Positions 20,525-30,088 of a stretch of 64,000 nt of DNA are shown piece after piece (position 1 is the stretch's first letter; each line of letters opens with the position of its first letter). The stretch is from the NCBI GenBank assembly GCA_043803945.1, contig JAZDJN010000095.1, positions 1-64,000 of the forward strand, given 5' to 3'. A model generated the notes under the pieces. The model had not been told where the DNA came from and did not search any database. It was given only the letters and a program-made list of their open reading frames with translations. Made by a program: the position numbers and the translations under genes. The stretch comes from a bacterium (GTDB taxonomy: Bacteria; Bacteroidota; Ignavibacteria; UBA10030).

Positions 20525-21847
20525 ATGGACGTTCTTGCAATCATCCGTGGTTTTGTCGGGCTCTGTTTTGTTACAGCGCTTGCGTTTGCATTCTCCAATA
20601 ACAGGCGGAAAATCAACTGGCGGCTGGTGGGTATTGGTATCGTGCTCCAGTTTGCTTTCGCTTTTCTTGTTATAAAAACAATGGCCGGCCGGGAATTTTT
20701 TAGGTGGATCAGCAAATTTTTCGTGTGGCTCTTCAGCTTCGCCGGCGACGGTGCTCAGTTTGTTTTTGGCAACCTTGCCAAAGGGCCCGGCACCGAGGGA
20801 AGTTTTGGCATGATCTTCGCTTTTCAAATTCTCCCCACCATCATCTTCTTCGCCTCTGTCATGGGTGTGCTGTACTATCTAGGCATTATGCAGAAGATCG
20901 TCCAGGGCATTGCGTGGGTCATGCTTCGCCTGATGAACACCAGCGGCGCTGAAACGCTCGATGTTGCCGCTAATACGTTTATAGGACAAACGGAGGCTCC
21001 CCTTGTCATCCGTCCATACATTGCCACGATGACAAACTCCGAGCTGTTCACCATTATGGTCAGCGGTTTTGCTCACATTGCCGGAGGTGTGCTGGCCGCA
21101 TACATGCAGATGCTGGGACTTGCCTATGCTGCTGCTCACGGAACTTCTGTTGACGCCTCTCAGGTCTATTTTGCCGGACACCTTCTTGCCGCAAGCATTA
21201 TGGCCGGACCCGCTACGATGGTTGTCGCCAAAATGCTTATGCCGGAAACGGGGGAACCTCTTACGATGGGTACGGTTCGCATCCAGATTGAGCGTAATCA
21301 ATCGAATGTGATCGAGGCGGCCGCCGCGGGTGCCAGCGACGGCGTGCGTTTGGCAATTAATGTCGCCGGAATGCTGATTGCATTCACGGCGCTTATTGCT
21401 CTTCTCAATGCTCTCCTAGGCCTTGTCGGCGATTGGACCGGATTAAACACGATCTGCATGTCAACGTTTCAAAAACCGCTTTCGCTCGAACTGCTATTTG
21501 GACTTGTGTTCCAATTCATTGCCTATGGAATCGGCGTGCCATGGAGCGATGCACTGAATGTCGGCAGCCTCATGGGCATTAAGCTTGCTGTCAATGAGTT
21601 CGTGGCCTATCTTCGCATGGCCGATCTCGTCTCCGCCGGAAAATTGTCCGAGAAAGCTATTGTCATTGCCACATATTCTCTTTGCGGTTTTGCTAATTTC
21701 GCATCAGTCGCAATCCAGATCGGCGGGATCAGTCCCCTCGCTGAAAACCGGAGAGGTGACATTGCGCGGTTCGGTTTGCGTGCGCTTCTCGGCGGTACTA
21801 TTGCAACCTGGATGACGGCAGCAATTGCCGGACTTTTAACAAATTAA
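20525..21847 (+). CDS. Concentrative nucleoside transporter (NupC/CNT family)
   Basis: FAFQILPTIIFF, FIGQTEAP, NEFVAY, LCGFANFAS. Confidence 0.93.
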   Translation: MDVLAIIRGFVGLCFVTALAFAFSNNRRKINWRLVGIGIVLQFAFAFLVIKTMAGREFFRWISKFFVWLFSFAGDGAQFVFGNLAKGPGTEGSFGMIFAFQILPTIIFFASVMGVLYYLGIMQKIVQGIAWVMLRLMNTSGAETLDVAANTFIGQTEAPLVIRPYIATMTNSELFTIMVSGFAHIAGGVLAAYMQMLGLAYAAAHGTSVDASQVYFAGHLLAASIMAGPATMVVAKMLMPETGEPLTMGTVRIQIERNQSNVIEAAAAGASDGVRLAINVAGMLIAFTALIALLNALLGLVGDWTGLNTICMSTFQKPLSLELLFGLVFQFIAYGIGVPWSDALNVGSLMGIKLAVNEFVAYLRMADLVSAGKLSEKAIVIATYSLCGFANFASVAIQIGGISPLAENRRGDIARFGLRALLGGTIATWMTAAIAGLLTN

Positions 21848-22109
21848 AATACAAGATGTAAATTGTAAAATGACAATGGAAAATTTAGAGTGTTCAGAGA
21901 ATCATGGTGTTTCATAGCGGCAGGATTGGGTTTCTCATAGCGGGCTTATACCGGTAATGTCTCCTGGCTTCGTCATAAAAAAATGACGCTTGCATCAAGT
22001 GAACCTTGGTATTTAACCCATTTTCATTTTTCATATATCGTCTTGATTTTTGAATTTTACATTTTGCATTCCTCCCGGCACTTTATTTATTCACTACAGA
22101 GGTATTTCT

Positions 22110-23714
22110 ATGAACGGTTTAAAGAAATATAAATGGTTTGTTGTAGGTGATTGGAACGGCTTCTTCGGATTGATGTTCGACAACCTTACCGTCCTTTCGT
22201 TTCTGGCCGGCATCCTTGTCTTCGTCTTCAAATATCCGGCGGATATCGTCTACACAAAAATGTTTCCCGGAACGGCGTTCGGTGTTTTGTTCGGCGATCT
22301 TGTCTATACCTGGATGGCTTTTCGTCTGGCAAAACGATCCAGCAATCCGAATGTCACGGCAATGCCGCTGGGGCTTGACACCCCGTCGACCATAGGAATC
22401 GCTCTTGTTGTTCTCGGGCCTGCGTTCGCAGGGCTCAAAGCCGAGGGATACAGTGAATACGATGCTGCCATGATGACCTGGTACATCGGTATGGCAACGA
22501 TGGTGTTCATGGGTATTGTGAAAGTTGTTTTCTCATTCCTCGGACGATGGATACAAAAGATGGTACCTCAGGCTGGATTGTTAGGATCGCTTGCGGGTAT
22601 CGGCCTTGGCCTGATCGGTATGACACCGTTGATTGATGTTTTTGGAATGCCGCTGGTTGGTTTGCTTGCCCTCGGATTTATTTTTTACGCAATGGTTGCC
22701 GGAATAAAATTACCGTGGAAAATTCCCGGCGTGTTCGCCTCCGTCGCAATTGGTACTGCTCTCTATTATATTCTTGGGCCGTCCGGTCTGGTTGGAGGAA
22801 CTTACGCCGGCCCGCTGGCAGCAGAACTGCATTTCGGACTGCCCGTTCCAACGCTCGATTTCCTCAAAGGCCTTGCTCCCGCATTGAAATACTTACCGAT
22901 CGCCATTCCATTTGGAATCCTGACAGTCGTTGGCGGAATCAATGTAACAGAAAGCGCGCGTGTCGCCGGCGATGATTACAACACACGCAACATTCTTCTG
23001 ACGGAAGCGATCGCAACGCTGATTGCCGGGTTCTGCGGCGGCGTTGCACAGTCGACACCATACATCGGACAGCCGGCATACAAACATATGGGGTCTCGTG
23101 CCGGATATACTTTGCTTACCGGTATCTTCATCGGGCTTGGCGGAATTTTCGGATATGTCTCGTTCATCGTTGAGTTAATTCCCCGTGCTGTGCTAGCGCC
23201 GATACTGATCTTCGTTGCGTTCGACATTATTGCACAATCGTTTCAGGCATGCCCGCCGCGCCATGCTGCTGCGGTTGCGTTTGCTTTTTTCCCGACGATT
23301 GCACGGCTTCTTGCCATTAAACTTGGAAATCCCGAAGCAGTGTTGCCCGAAACATTTCAGAAACTCATGACGCTCCCGGGAAAAGCGCTTCCGGAAATGC
23401 TGGTCATTGTCGCTCTGGGCAACGGATTTATCGTGACCGCCATGCTATGGGGCGCGTTCCTTGCCGAGCTGATCGACAGACACCTGAGACGGTCGGCTAT
23501 TTACCTGATGGTGCTGGCAGGATTTACGTTCTTTGGAATTATTCATTCTGCCATGCCCGACGGTGTAATGTATTTACCCTGGTCTCTCGAAGGAATTGCG
23601 CGGCAGGTTCCTTATCAGTTCACAGCAGCGTATGTTGTTCTTGCGGCGTTTTTCTTCATGATGTCATTTACAAAGGAAAGCAAGGAGCCGTTTGAGGCAG
23701 CGGGGCATGGGTAG
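22110..23714 (+). CDS. NCS2/AzgA-like nucleobase permease
   Basis: GDWNGFFGLMFDN, TAMPLGLDTPS, ESARVAGDDY, STPYIGQPAYK; many TMs. Confidence 0.8.
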   Translation: MNGLKKYKWFVVGDWNGFFGLMFDNLTVLSFLAGILVFVFKYPADIVYTKMFPGTAFGVLFGDLVYTWMAFRLAKRSSNPNVTAMPLGLDTPSTIGIALVVLGPAFAGLKAEGYSEYDAAMMTWYIGMATMVFMGIVKVVFSFLGRWIQKMVPQAGLLGSLAGIGLGLIGMTPLIDVFGMPLVGLLALGFIFYAMVAGIKLPWKIPGVFASVAIGTALYYILGPSGLVGGTYAGPLAAELHFGLPVPTLDFLKGLAPALKYLPIAIPFGILTVVGGINVTESARVAGDDYNTRNILLTEAIATLIAGFCGGVAQSTPYIGQPAYKHMGSRAGYTLLTGIFIGLGGIFGYVSFIVELIPRAVLAPILIFVAFDIIAQSFQACPPRHAAAVAFAFFPTIARLLAIKLGNPEAVLPETFQKLMTLPGKALPEMLVIVALGNGFIVTAMLWGAFLAELIDRHLRRSAIYLMVLAGFTFFGIIHSAMPDGVMYLPWSLEGIARQVPYQFTAAYVVLAAFFFMMSFTKESKEPFEAAGHG

Positions 23715-23743
23715 GCGGGAGCCAGTAGAAGGGAGAAGGTATT

Positions 23744-23975
23744 AGATGACCGTCACCTGCGCGCAGTTGAATCTCATAGAGGGTGCCGGTCATCTGCCCT
23801 GGATTGTTAGATGTCGAGCTTTTTAAAACTCGCCTGAACTGGGAGGGAGGTCCCCTCCCGACCTTAGAAGCATCGAACCGTTCCCTGCGTAATGATTCCT
23901 GTCGCGAGGGAACAGTTCGGTCATATCCGACCTTCGGAAGGTCTGGTAGGGATCTGCGAAACCTTCCGAAGGTTT
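23744..23975. repeat. Cluster of REP-like palindromes
   Basis: AGATGACCGTCACCT..GGTGCCGGTCATCT (inverted relative of 2286-2336); CGAACCGTTCCCT..AGGGAACAGTTCG; ACCTTCGGAAGGT..AACCTTCCGAAGGTT. Confidence 0.75.
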
Positions 23976-23995
23976 CTACGGGGTGACAAATGTCC

Positions 23996-26182
23996 TTATC
24001 GCAATAGAACCATTTTTTCTGTTCTCTGATAATTGGCTGTGATTAGTTGATAGAAATATATCCCACTCGATACCTGTCGCCCGAGGTTATCTTTGCCCTC
24101 CCATGCAACCCTGTATGATCCCGCTTGCCGTTGGTCGTTTACAAGAGTTGTGACGAGTTGACCGGTTGAACTGAACACACTCAATCGGACATATTCATTG
24201 TTTGGGATAGTAAACGCGATCACCGTTGATGGATTAAATGGATTTGGATAATTACACAGCGAATACTCCGTCGGAATATCATCTATCATCTCAACCGCGT
24301 CTCCGGCCCTGATCGCTATGCTGTTATTCGGCCCTCGATTTAACAAAACCGTATAGGCGATTGGATCTTCCACTGCTTCAATGCCTTTTCCCTGGTCTCT
24401 TGGCACAAATACTTTATAGGCCGCGGTCGCGACGTTGCCGCTTGGATCGCTCACGGAGAGACTAACGGTATACACGCGTCCGTTTCCATTGCCCTGTCGT
24501 TCTGCACGAAGTTGGACAGATTTACCATCTGAACTTATTACCATATCTTTCAGTGTGTTTCCATCTCCATTGCCGGGTGCATCTTCTGGTTCATCACTTG
24601 AAACCGAATTAATACTCACGTTGGCAAGGTCTATTGGACCAGCACAGAGATCGGAGACAGACTGAGCCATGTTTGTTATCGTGAACTCTACATACTCATG
24701 ATTGGGTGGCCATAGTTGTTTGAACGGTAGTATTACTATTCTCGGTGGAGTTGTATCGATTACTTCTACTGCTCTGATAACCTTTGAAGAATTACCGCTC
24801 TTATCGGTGGCCGTATAGAGCACCGGATATTTTCCTAACACATGGGTGTTCACATTGTGGGTGACCGTTAATGATGGACATGGATCTACCTTATCTATAA
24901 CGGTTACACCGGGATCAACAAATTCTGATCCATATTCAATTTGCATTGGATTCGGCCCTAACAGTGTAACAACTGGCGGCTTGCTATCAATAACTTTCAC
25001 CATCAGTTTATCTGAGTCAACTCCACCCTTTCCATCATTAACCGTTAAGGTTATTTCAGTATCGCCCAATGGAAGAGTTACTATCGGATTAACTCCTGTT
25101 GCTGATCCGGACGTCCAGGTCCAGAGATAGGTCAACTGGTCTCCGTCTGGATCCGAAGATTGGCTTCCATCAAGACTTATGGATGCTCCCTGGGGTGAAA
25201 CTGCTTCTAAAATTTGATCATCGCCAGCGTTAGCAAGAGGCGGTCTATTTCTCATAAATTTATATATACCATTACCATTAGTTCCTGCCAATAATTCACC
25301 GATTTTGTTAAAACAGAGCGCCAGTACCCTGATATTCATTAAGCCGTCATTCATCGGAGACCAATGATTTCCATTATCTAGGGAAACAACAACACCAGCA
25401 TTATTAGTTGCAGCGTACACTTTATCATCTTCATCAATTACTATGCTTAAGATAAAACTATTTTGAAATCCAACTTCGGCCCAAGTAACTCCATCATCGG
25501 TTGATCTAAATATTCCCATTCCAGTGCCTGCAAAAATATGACCTAATGAATTCGCTGTTAAGCAAAATACTCCGTCCACTCTCCGTAATGACGTCTCTAT
25601 CCATGTTTCACCATTATTAGTAGAATAATGAACACTGTTTGCCGCTGTAAATATCTTTCCATCGGGCCGAAAGACGAAGTCGAAAACAACCAAATCAATC
25701 AATCCATTATTTAATTGGTTCCACGAATTACCATTATTTGACGACCTAAAAATGCCGCCCTGATCAGTGCCGGCAAAGATCTCTCCAGAGGGCTTAATGG
25801 CCATAGATAGTACATCCATATTCGTAAGGCCATTATTCACAGGTACCCAATTGTCGCCCTTATCAAGAGAACGGAATATTCCTGCTTTCTCCGTTCCTGC
25901 ATAAGCATATCCAAGTGAATTTACAGCGGTGCATTCCACATTTGTATTCGTAAGGCCGGAATTCACTTGTGTCCATGTGGCCCCATTATCGGTCGATCGA
26001 TAAGCACCAATATTCGTTCCCGCATAAATGATGCCTGATTCACTGATAGAAAATGAATGATACCAGACAACACCATTCGTTAAATTCGTCTGCTGCCAAG
26101 TATTAATTTGGCTCCATAGAATGACTGGAGTAATTATTAACGCAGTAACAATGATAACATCGTAAAACCTGATTCGTCGCAT
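23996..26182 (-). CDS. Secreted multidomain protein: BNR/Asp-box propeller, PKD-like, DUF5011/HYR-like, LWPPNH Ig-like domain and T9SS CTD
   Basis: Repeated RSTDxGxTW; PLANAGDDQ..LDGSQSSDPDGD; PPVVTLLG..DPG..ATDKSGN; LWPPNH..LRAERQG..GRVY; NYPNPFNPST. Confidence 0.88.
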   Translation of the reverse strand: MRRIRFYDVIIVTALIITPVILWSQINTWQQTNLTNGVVWYHSFSISESGIIYAGTNIGAYRSTDNGATWTQVNSGLTNTNVECTAVNSLGYAYAGTEKAGIFRSLDKGDNWVPVNNGLTNMDVLSMAIKPSGEIFAGTDQGGIFRSSNNGNSWNQLNNGLIDLVVFDFVFRPDGKIFTAANSVHYSTNNGETWIETSLRRVDGVFCLTANSLGHIFAGTGMGIFRSTDDGVTWAEVGFQNSFILSIVIDEDDKVYAATNNAGVVVSLDNGNHWSPMNDGLMNIRVLALCFNKIGELLAGTNGNGIYKFMRNRPPLANAGDDQILEAVSPQGASISLDGSQSSDPDGDQLTYLWTWTSGSATGVNPIVTLPLGDTEITLTVNDGKGGVDSDKLMVKVIDSKPPVVTLLGPNPMQIEYGSEFVDPGVTVIDKVDPCPSLTVTHNVNTHVLGKYPVLYTATDKSGNSSKVIRAVEVIDTTPPRIVILPFKQLWPPNHEYVEFTITNMAQSVSDLCAGPIDLANVSINSVSSDEPEDAPGNGDGNTLKDMVISSDGKSVQLRAERQGNGNGRVYTVSLSVSDPSGNVATAAYKVFVPRDQGKGIEAVEDPIAYTVLLNRGPNNSIAIRAGDAVEMIDDIPTEYSLCNYPNPFNPSTVIAFTIPNNEYVRLSVFSSTGQLVTTLVNDQRQAGSYRVAWEGKDNLGRQVSSGIYFYQLITANYQRTEKMVLLR

Positions 26183-26482
26183 AGATCCTCCAACTTCTGG
26201 TGAGAGTTTATACAGCGTACGATTTGAGAATCATTTCCACATATGAGTGTAACAACCTAAATGTCTTTTTCCATGTATCGTTGCGTCAGTCAGTGAATTC
26301 CTGTTCTGTATTGCTTATGCACGTCACCCTTAGTGTAAAGGAGGATAAAGCAAGAAGGGAAATGTAAATTGAAATCAGAACCGATGATCGGGACCCCATC
26401 TGAAACTCAATCATATACAAATGGTGGTCATCTGGCAACAATCCCCCACATTTCCTGTCTTGCTTTTCTCTCTCCTATTTTC

Positions 26483-28174
26483 TTAGCGGAGCAGGAGCAT
26501 TTTCTTTGCCTCAATATAGTTGACCGCTTTAATCTGGTAGAAATATGTACCGCTCGCAACCTGGCGGCCAGTATTATCACGACCGTCCCAGCGGACTGAG
26601 TAACTTCCAGCATCCCGTTGTTCATTGAGAAGGGATCGGATGAGCTGGCCTACTGAGTTGTAGATTCTTATTTCAACAGTTCCTATCTGCGGGAGCTGAT
26701 ACTCAATGATTGTAGATGGATTGAATGGGTTGGGGTAGTTTTGAGAAAGGATAATCTCTCTTGGTAAAGTCTCATCAATTCTATGTTTGACATCGGTTAA
26801 GATCAATTGGATTTCAGATAAACTGAGAGCTCTGTTATAAATTCGGATATCATCCAGAGATCCTTTCCAATATTGTCCACCAAGGCTTCTACCAATATTC
26901 ATAGGCTCCGTATCATTTGTCGGGTCTGCTTCCATCATGAATTCAGAGTCCAATTCATTATCGAGATAAAGTTTTAAATTCCTACCAGAAATTACTGCTG
27001 TGAATAATACCCACTTATTCAAAAGAAGAACCTTATTGCCAACCCTCGTATTGTTTTGATAAGAAAATGCGATTCTTTGATTATACTGTTGAAGTTGATA
27101 AGAATAGTGGCTAGTACCCTTTGATACAATTGCAGCATTATCAACATACGAAGACAGGGTAGCCCACCCGGAGATTGTCATTGTCAATTGTGTCGGATAT
27201 TGTAATATTGCATTGTGTGGTATTTGTATATAAGAACTGCCATTGAAGGAGTACGCTTTGTTAGAATTGCCCAATCTATCAGTCGTAAGTGTGGCACCAG
27301 CGAGAGTTCCATTATTCCCATTTCCACTTTCGTCATTTACATTTCCATTAAAGGGATAGTACGCAACAAGACCATCTGAAACTCTATTGAATGTTACCGT
27401 AGCCGTTCCGGTGTTATCACCTAGGTCTCCAGCATCGACAAAGAATAAATATCCCTGTGCATAAGAAATTCCAGCAGGCGATGGAAATGTGATGGTTTTT
27501 GTTTGCGTAGTGAATACTTCGTATAAAGCATGTCCACGGGGCCATTGAGAGGTAGTTTCACCGGTACCGGCAAAGAAGAACACTCTATCGATATCTCCTC
27601 CGGCGTGAGTCCCGTTAAAAGAAGCTGTAACATTATATGCCCCTAAGGGTAAATTGACAATCGCAGCCGAGTTTTGAGGTGTGATCCATGTATGTTTGTT
27701 CGGTTGAAGAGTTGTAATGATTGTATCTGCTTTTGTTGTTGCGGGTACCTTGATAAACGTTACCGTAGCCGTTCCAGAGTTATCATTGAGGTCTCCAGCA
27801 TCGACAAAGAATAGATATCCTTGTGCATATGAAATTCCAGCAGGCGATGGAAATGTGATGGTTTTTGTTTGAGTAGTGAATACTTCGTATAAAGCATGTC
27901 CACGAGGCCACTGAGAGGTAGTTTCACCTGTACCGGCAAAGAAGAACACTCTATCAATATCTCCCCCAGCGTGAGTCCCACTAAAAGAGGCTGTGACATT
28001 ATACGTTCCCAATGGTAAATTGACTATAGCAGCTGAGTTTTGCGGTGTGACCCATGTATGTTTATTGGGCTGCAATGTAACCGTAATTGGTGATTGAGCA
28101 GCAGTAAAGTTATAAACAAATAGTTGTGCAACTATCATTACACCAAAGAACTTCGAATGGGTTTTCATAAACAT
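26483..28174 (-). CDS. Secreted protein with two near-identical ~120-aa domains, a LamG-like jelly-roll and T9SS CTD
   Basis: Signal peptide; duplicated TLQPNKHTW...DNxGTATVTF; GLVAYYPFNGN..DESG..GSLDDIRIYNRALS; QNYPNPFNPST. Confidence 0.88.
   Translation of the reverse strand: MFMKTHSKFFGVMIVAQLFVYNFTAAQSPITVTLQPNKHTWVTPQNSAAIVNLPLGTYNVTASFSGTHAGGDIDRVFFFAGTGETTSQWPRGHALYEVFTTQTKTITFPSPAGISYAQGYLFFVDAGDLNDNSGTATVTFIKVPATTKADTIITTLQPNKHTWITPQNSAAIVNLPLGAYNVTASFNGTHAGGDIDRVFFFAGTGETTSQWPRGHALYEVFTTQTKTITFPSPAGISYAQGYLFFVDAGDLGDNTGTATVTFNRVSDGLVAYYPFNGNVNDESGNGNNGTLAGATLTTDRLGNSNKAYSFNGSSYIQIPHNAILQYPTQLTMTISGWATLSSYVDNAAIVSKGTSHYSYQLQQYNQRIAFSYQNNTRVGNKVLLLNKWVLFTAVISGRNLKLYLDNELDSEFMMEADPTNDTEPMNIGRSLGGQYWKGSLDDIRIYNRALSLSEIQLILTDVKHRIDETLPREIILSQNYPNPFNPSTIIEYQLPQIGTVEIRIYNSVGQLIRSLLNEQRDAGSYSVRWDGRDNTGRQVASGTYFYQIKAVNYIEAKKMLLLR
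27389..28087 (-). repeat. Intragenic tandem duplication, period 366 bp
   Basis: Two copies about 90% identical in protein, with many synonymous changes. Confidence 0.9.
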
Positions 28175-28321
28175 AGCTCCTCCTTACCAGTCCATTGATT
28201 GAAAATTTCTTTAATTGAATCCCAACATTCATTCATCTATACAAAAGAAGAGGCTTGCCGAAAAATAAAGCCGAACCTTTTTTGGCTCGGCTTCTTCCCA
28301 AATGATTGTATGGATCTGAGT

Positions 28322-30082
28322 TTAGTGCAGCTTCTTCAATGCCTCCCAGTATTTCCCATTAATTGTGACTTTTCGAGTCCACTTATCTCCATCCCAATAC
28401 TCAAAAGTCTTCTGATATTTTCTGAAATACTCCTCGTCTGGAAATCGGCTAATTTCTCGTTGCTCGAAGAGATTCCTCGCAATATTCGAATACTCATCTG
28501 CCCATTGGACTTCAATAACCCTCATGTCAAATCCGAAGTGCGGATAGATCATCGCTTTTGGTTCGCTAGAATTTGGGTGAACGTCAGTGACCCGGAATCG
28601 AATAACTTGGTCTGATTCTCTGACCTCCTCAATACCTGCCTGGCTATATCTTGCTAGATGCTTTTTCTTATAGACCTCTCCAACAATTGTCCTAGGAATT
28701 CTCAGATAGAATTTTTCGCACCCCTCGTATAACGCCTTGCCTGTCCCGCTTCCCAGGGTACAAACACCTGAGATCATTCGCGGATCAATCACAACTATGC
28801 ACGCATCATCGATCCAATCATTAACACCCCCAAAAACAGCTTCTTTGATGCCGTTTCTTTCCAAGTCGACTATTGCAGGTCCATTAAGGTGCCCATAGTG
28901 AAAGTACTTACCATACTCAGATCCATCCTTAACATTCAACAAAAACACGAAGCACGGTGAATAGACACTCACAGCAGTTCCAATGACTCTCCCCTCGAGA
29001 CCCTTGCCAAGATCGCCCACCGTAAGCTCGTGGCAGAAGAAGTTTCTATCCGTTGTATTGTATTCAGTCGGAAAAGCAGTATCTTGATTCAGCTTGTATT
29101 CCCACAAAATTGAATCCCTCACGATTGACTTGCAGCGTAAAAAAGAGGCCTTTCCTCTTTGCTCATCATCTTTATGCCCATAAATGACTTCATTTATTCC
29201 ATCTCCATCAACATCATAAAACGCAGTTGGTGCAACCGTGCTATCGCTTATTCGGATTTGATCAATTTTCTCTCCGTATTGATTCTTGATTAGTAGCATC
29301 TCTCCTTCAACTTTCGATTTTACTGGGTTCCTATCAAACGGTCCATACAATAGTTTTACTAATAGAAGAGTCATCGCCATAATCACTATTAATGCTACTT
29401 GTTTCCGAAATTTCCATATCTTTCTTGCACCCTGTTTATAAACCGGCACTGGTTCCAACTCCGTCAATCGGCGATTGTAAAAAAGCTCTTCAAGATTTGA
29501 AATACCTATAACTCTCGGGAGAATTATTGAGTCCGCATTATTTTGAGTCGTAATATTATGACGATAGTCATCAAGATATTCTTGACATAGCACCTCTTGT
29601 TCTTTTGGCACTATAAGGATCTTTACCCAACTGAAGATACATGCCTCCACTTTTATTTTTAATCCCTCTGCATCAACCGGTAGCAAATTTCCATCCGTAT
29701 TGATCGCGCCGGTTATTGCCGTATCGTCCCGCAAAAAAAACTCACGCTTGAATTGATGCAGCCGTATCAACTCCGTTACCAGGAGGGCCGCCAATCCCGC
29801 ACCAAGCGATTCCCCTTCAATCATCACACGTTTGTCGAAGGAGCAGTGAACAATAAGCTTCCTGCTCACCTTTATTTTCGTAAGCAAAGTAAAGAGCTTT
29901 CTCGCTGCCTGAAGTGCAATCTTCACCTGAGACTGTTGTTCGCCCCCGGAGTCAATCAACTGATCAATAATGATAACATCCTCATCCGATCCGTTGCGGC
30001 TGAACTGCATATGGACCCGCGCTTTTCTGAGCGATGCAAACGCCGAATGGGCATTCTCAATCAGCGGTTCGCAATCGACCAT
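28322..30082 (-). CDS. Membrane-anchored Lon-type (S16) protease domain, TM and extracytoplasmic FG-GAP-like propeller (3' part of one frame starting at 30538)
   Basis: IEGESLGAGLA (cf. Lon KDGPSAG) and TAITGAINTDGNLLPV..GLKIKVEA (cf. AMTGEI..G.VLPIGGLKEK); basic RKIWKFRK then a TM; DVDGDGINE and DLERNGIKE repeats. Confidence 0.75.
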   Translation of the reverse strand: MVDCEPLIENAHSAFASLRKARVHMQFSRNGSDEDVIIIDQLIDSGGEQQSQVKIALQAARKLFTLLTKIKVSRKLIVHCSFDKRVMIEGESLGAGLAALLVTELIRLHQFKREFFLRDDTAITGAINTDGNLLPVDAEGLKIKVEACIFSWVKILIVPKEQEVLCQEYLDDYRHNITTQNNADSIILPRVIGISNLEELFYNRRLTELEPVPVYKQGARKIWKFRKQVALIVIMAMTLLLVKLLYGPFDRNPVKSKVEGEMLLIKNQYGEKIDQIRISDSTVAPTAFYDVDGDGINEVIYGHKDDEQRGKASFLRCKSIVRDSILWEYKLNQDTAFPTEYNTTDRNFFCHELTVGDLGKGLEGRVIGTAVSVYSPCFVFLLNVKDGSEYGKYFHYGHLNGPAIVDLERNGIKEAVFGGVNDWIDDACIVVIDPRMISGVCTLGSGTGKALYEGCEKFYLRIPRTIVGEVYKKKHLARYSQAGIEEVRESDQVIRFRVTDVHPNSSEPKAMIYPHFGFDMRVIEVQWADEYSNIARNLFEQREISRFPDEEYFRKYQKTFEYWDGDKWTRKVTINGKYWEALKKLH

Positions 30083-30088
30083 AGGAAT

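Noticed and set aside
21850-22110. Purine riboswitch before the NCS2 permease
   Set aside because: No recognisable purine-riboswitch core (TATAA..GTTTCTAC..GACTA); an Infernal search would be needed to exclude other RNAs.
28322-30082. Housekeeping Lon, RadA or ComM
   Set aside because: No Walker A/B motifs; it has a TM and an extracytoplasmic domain instead.
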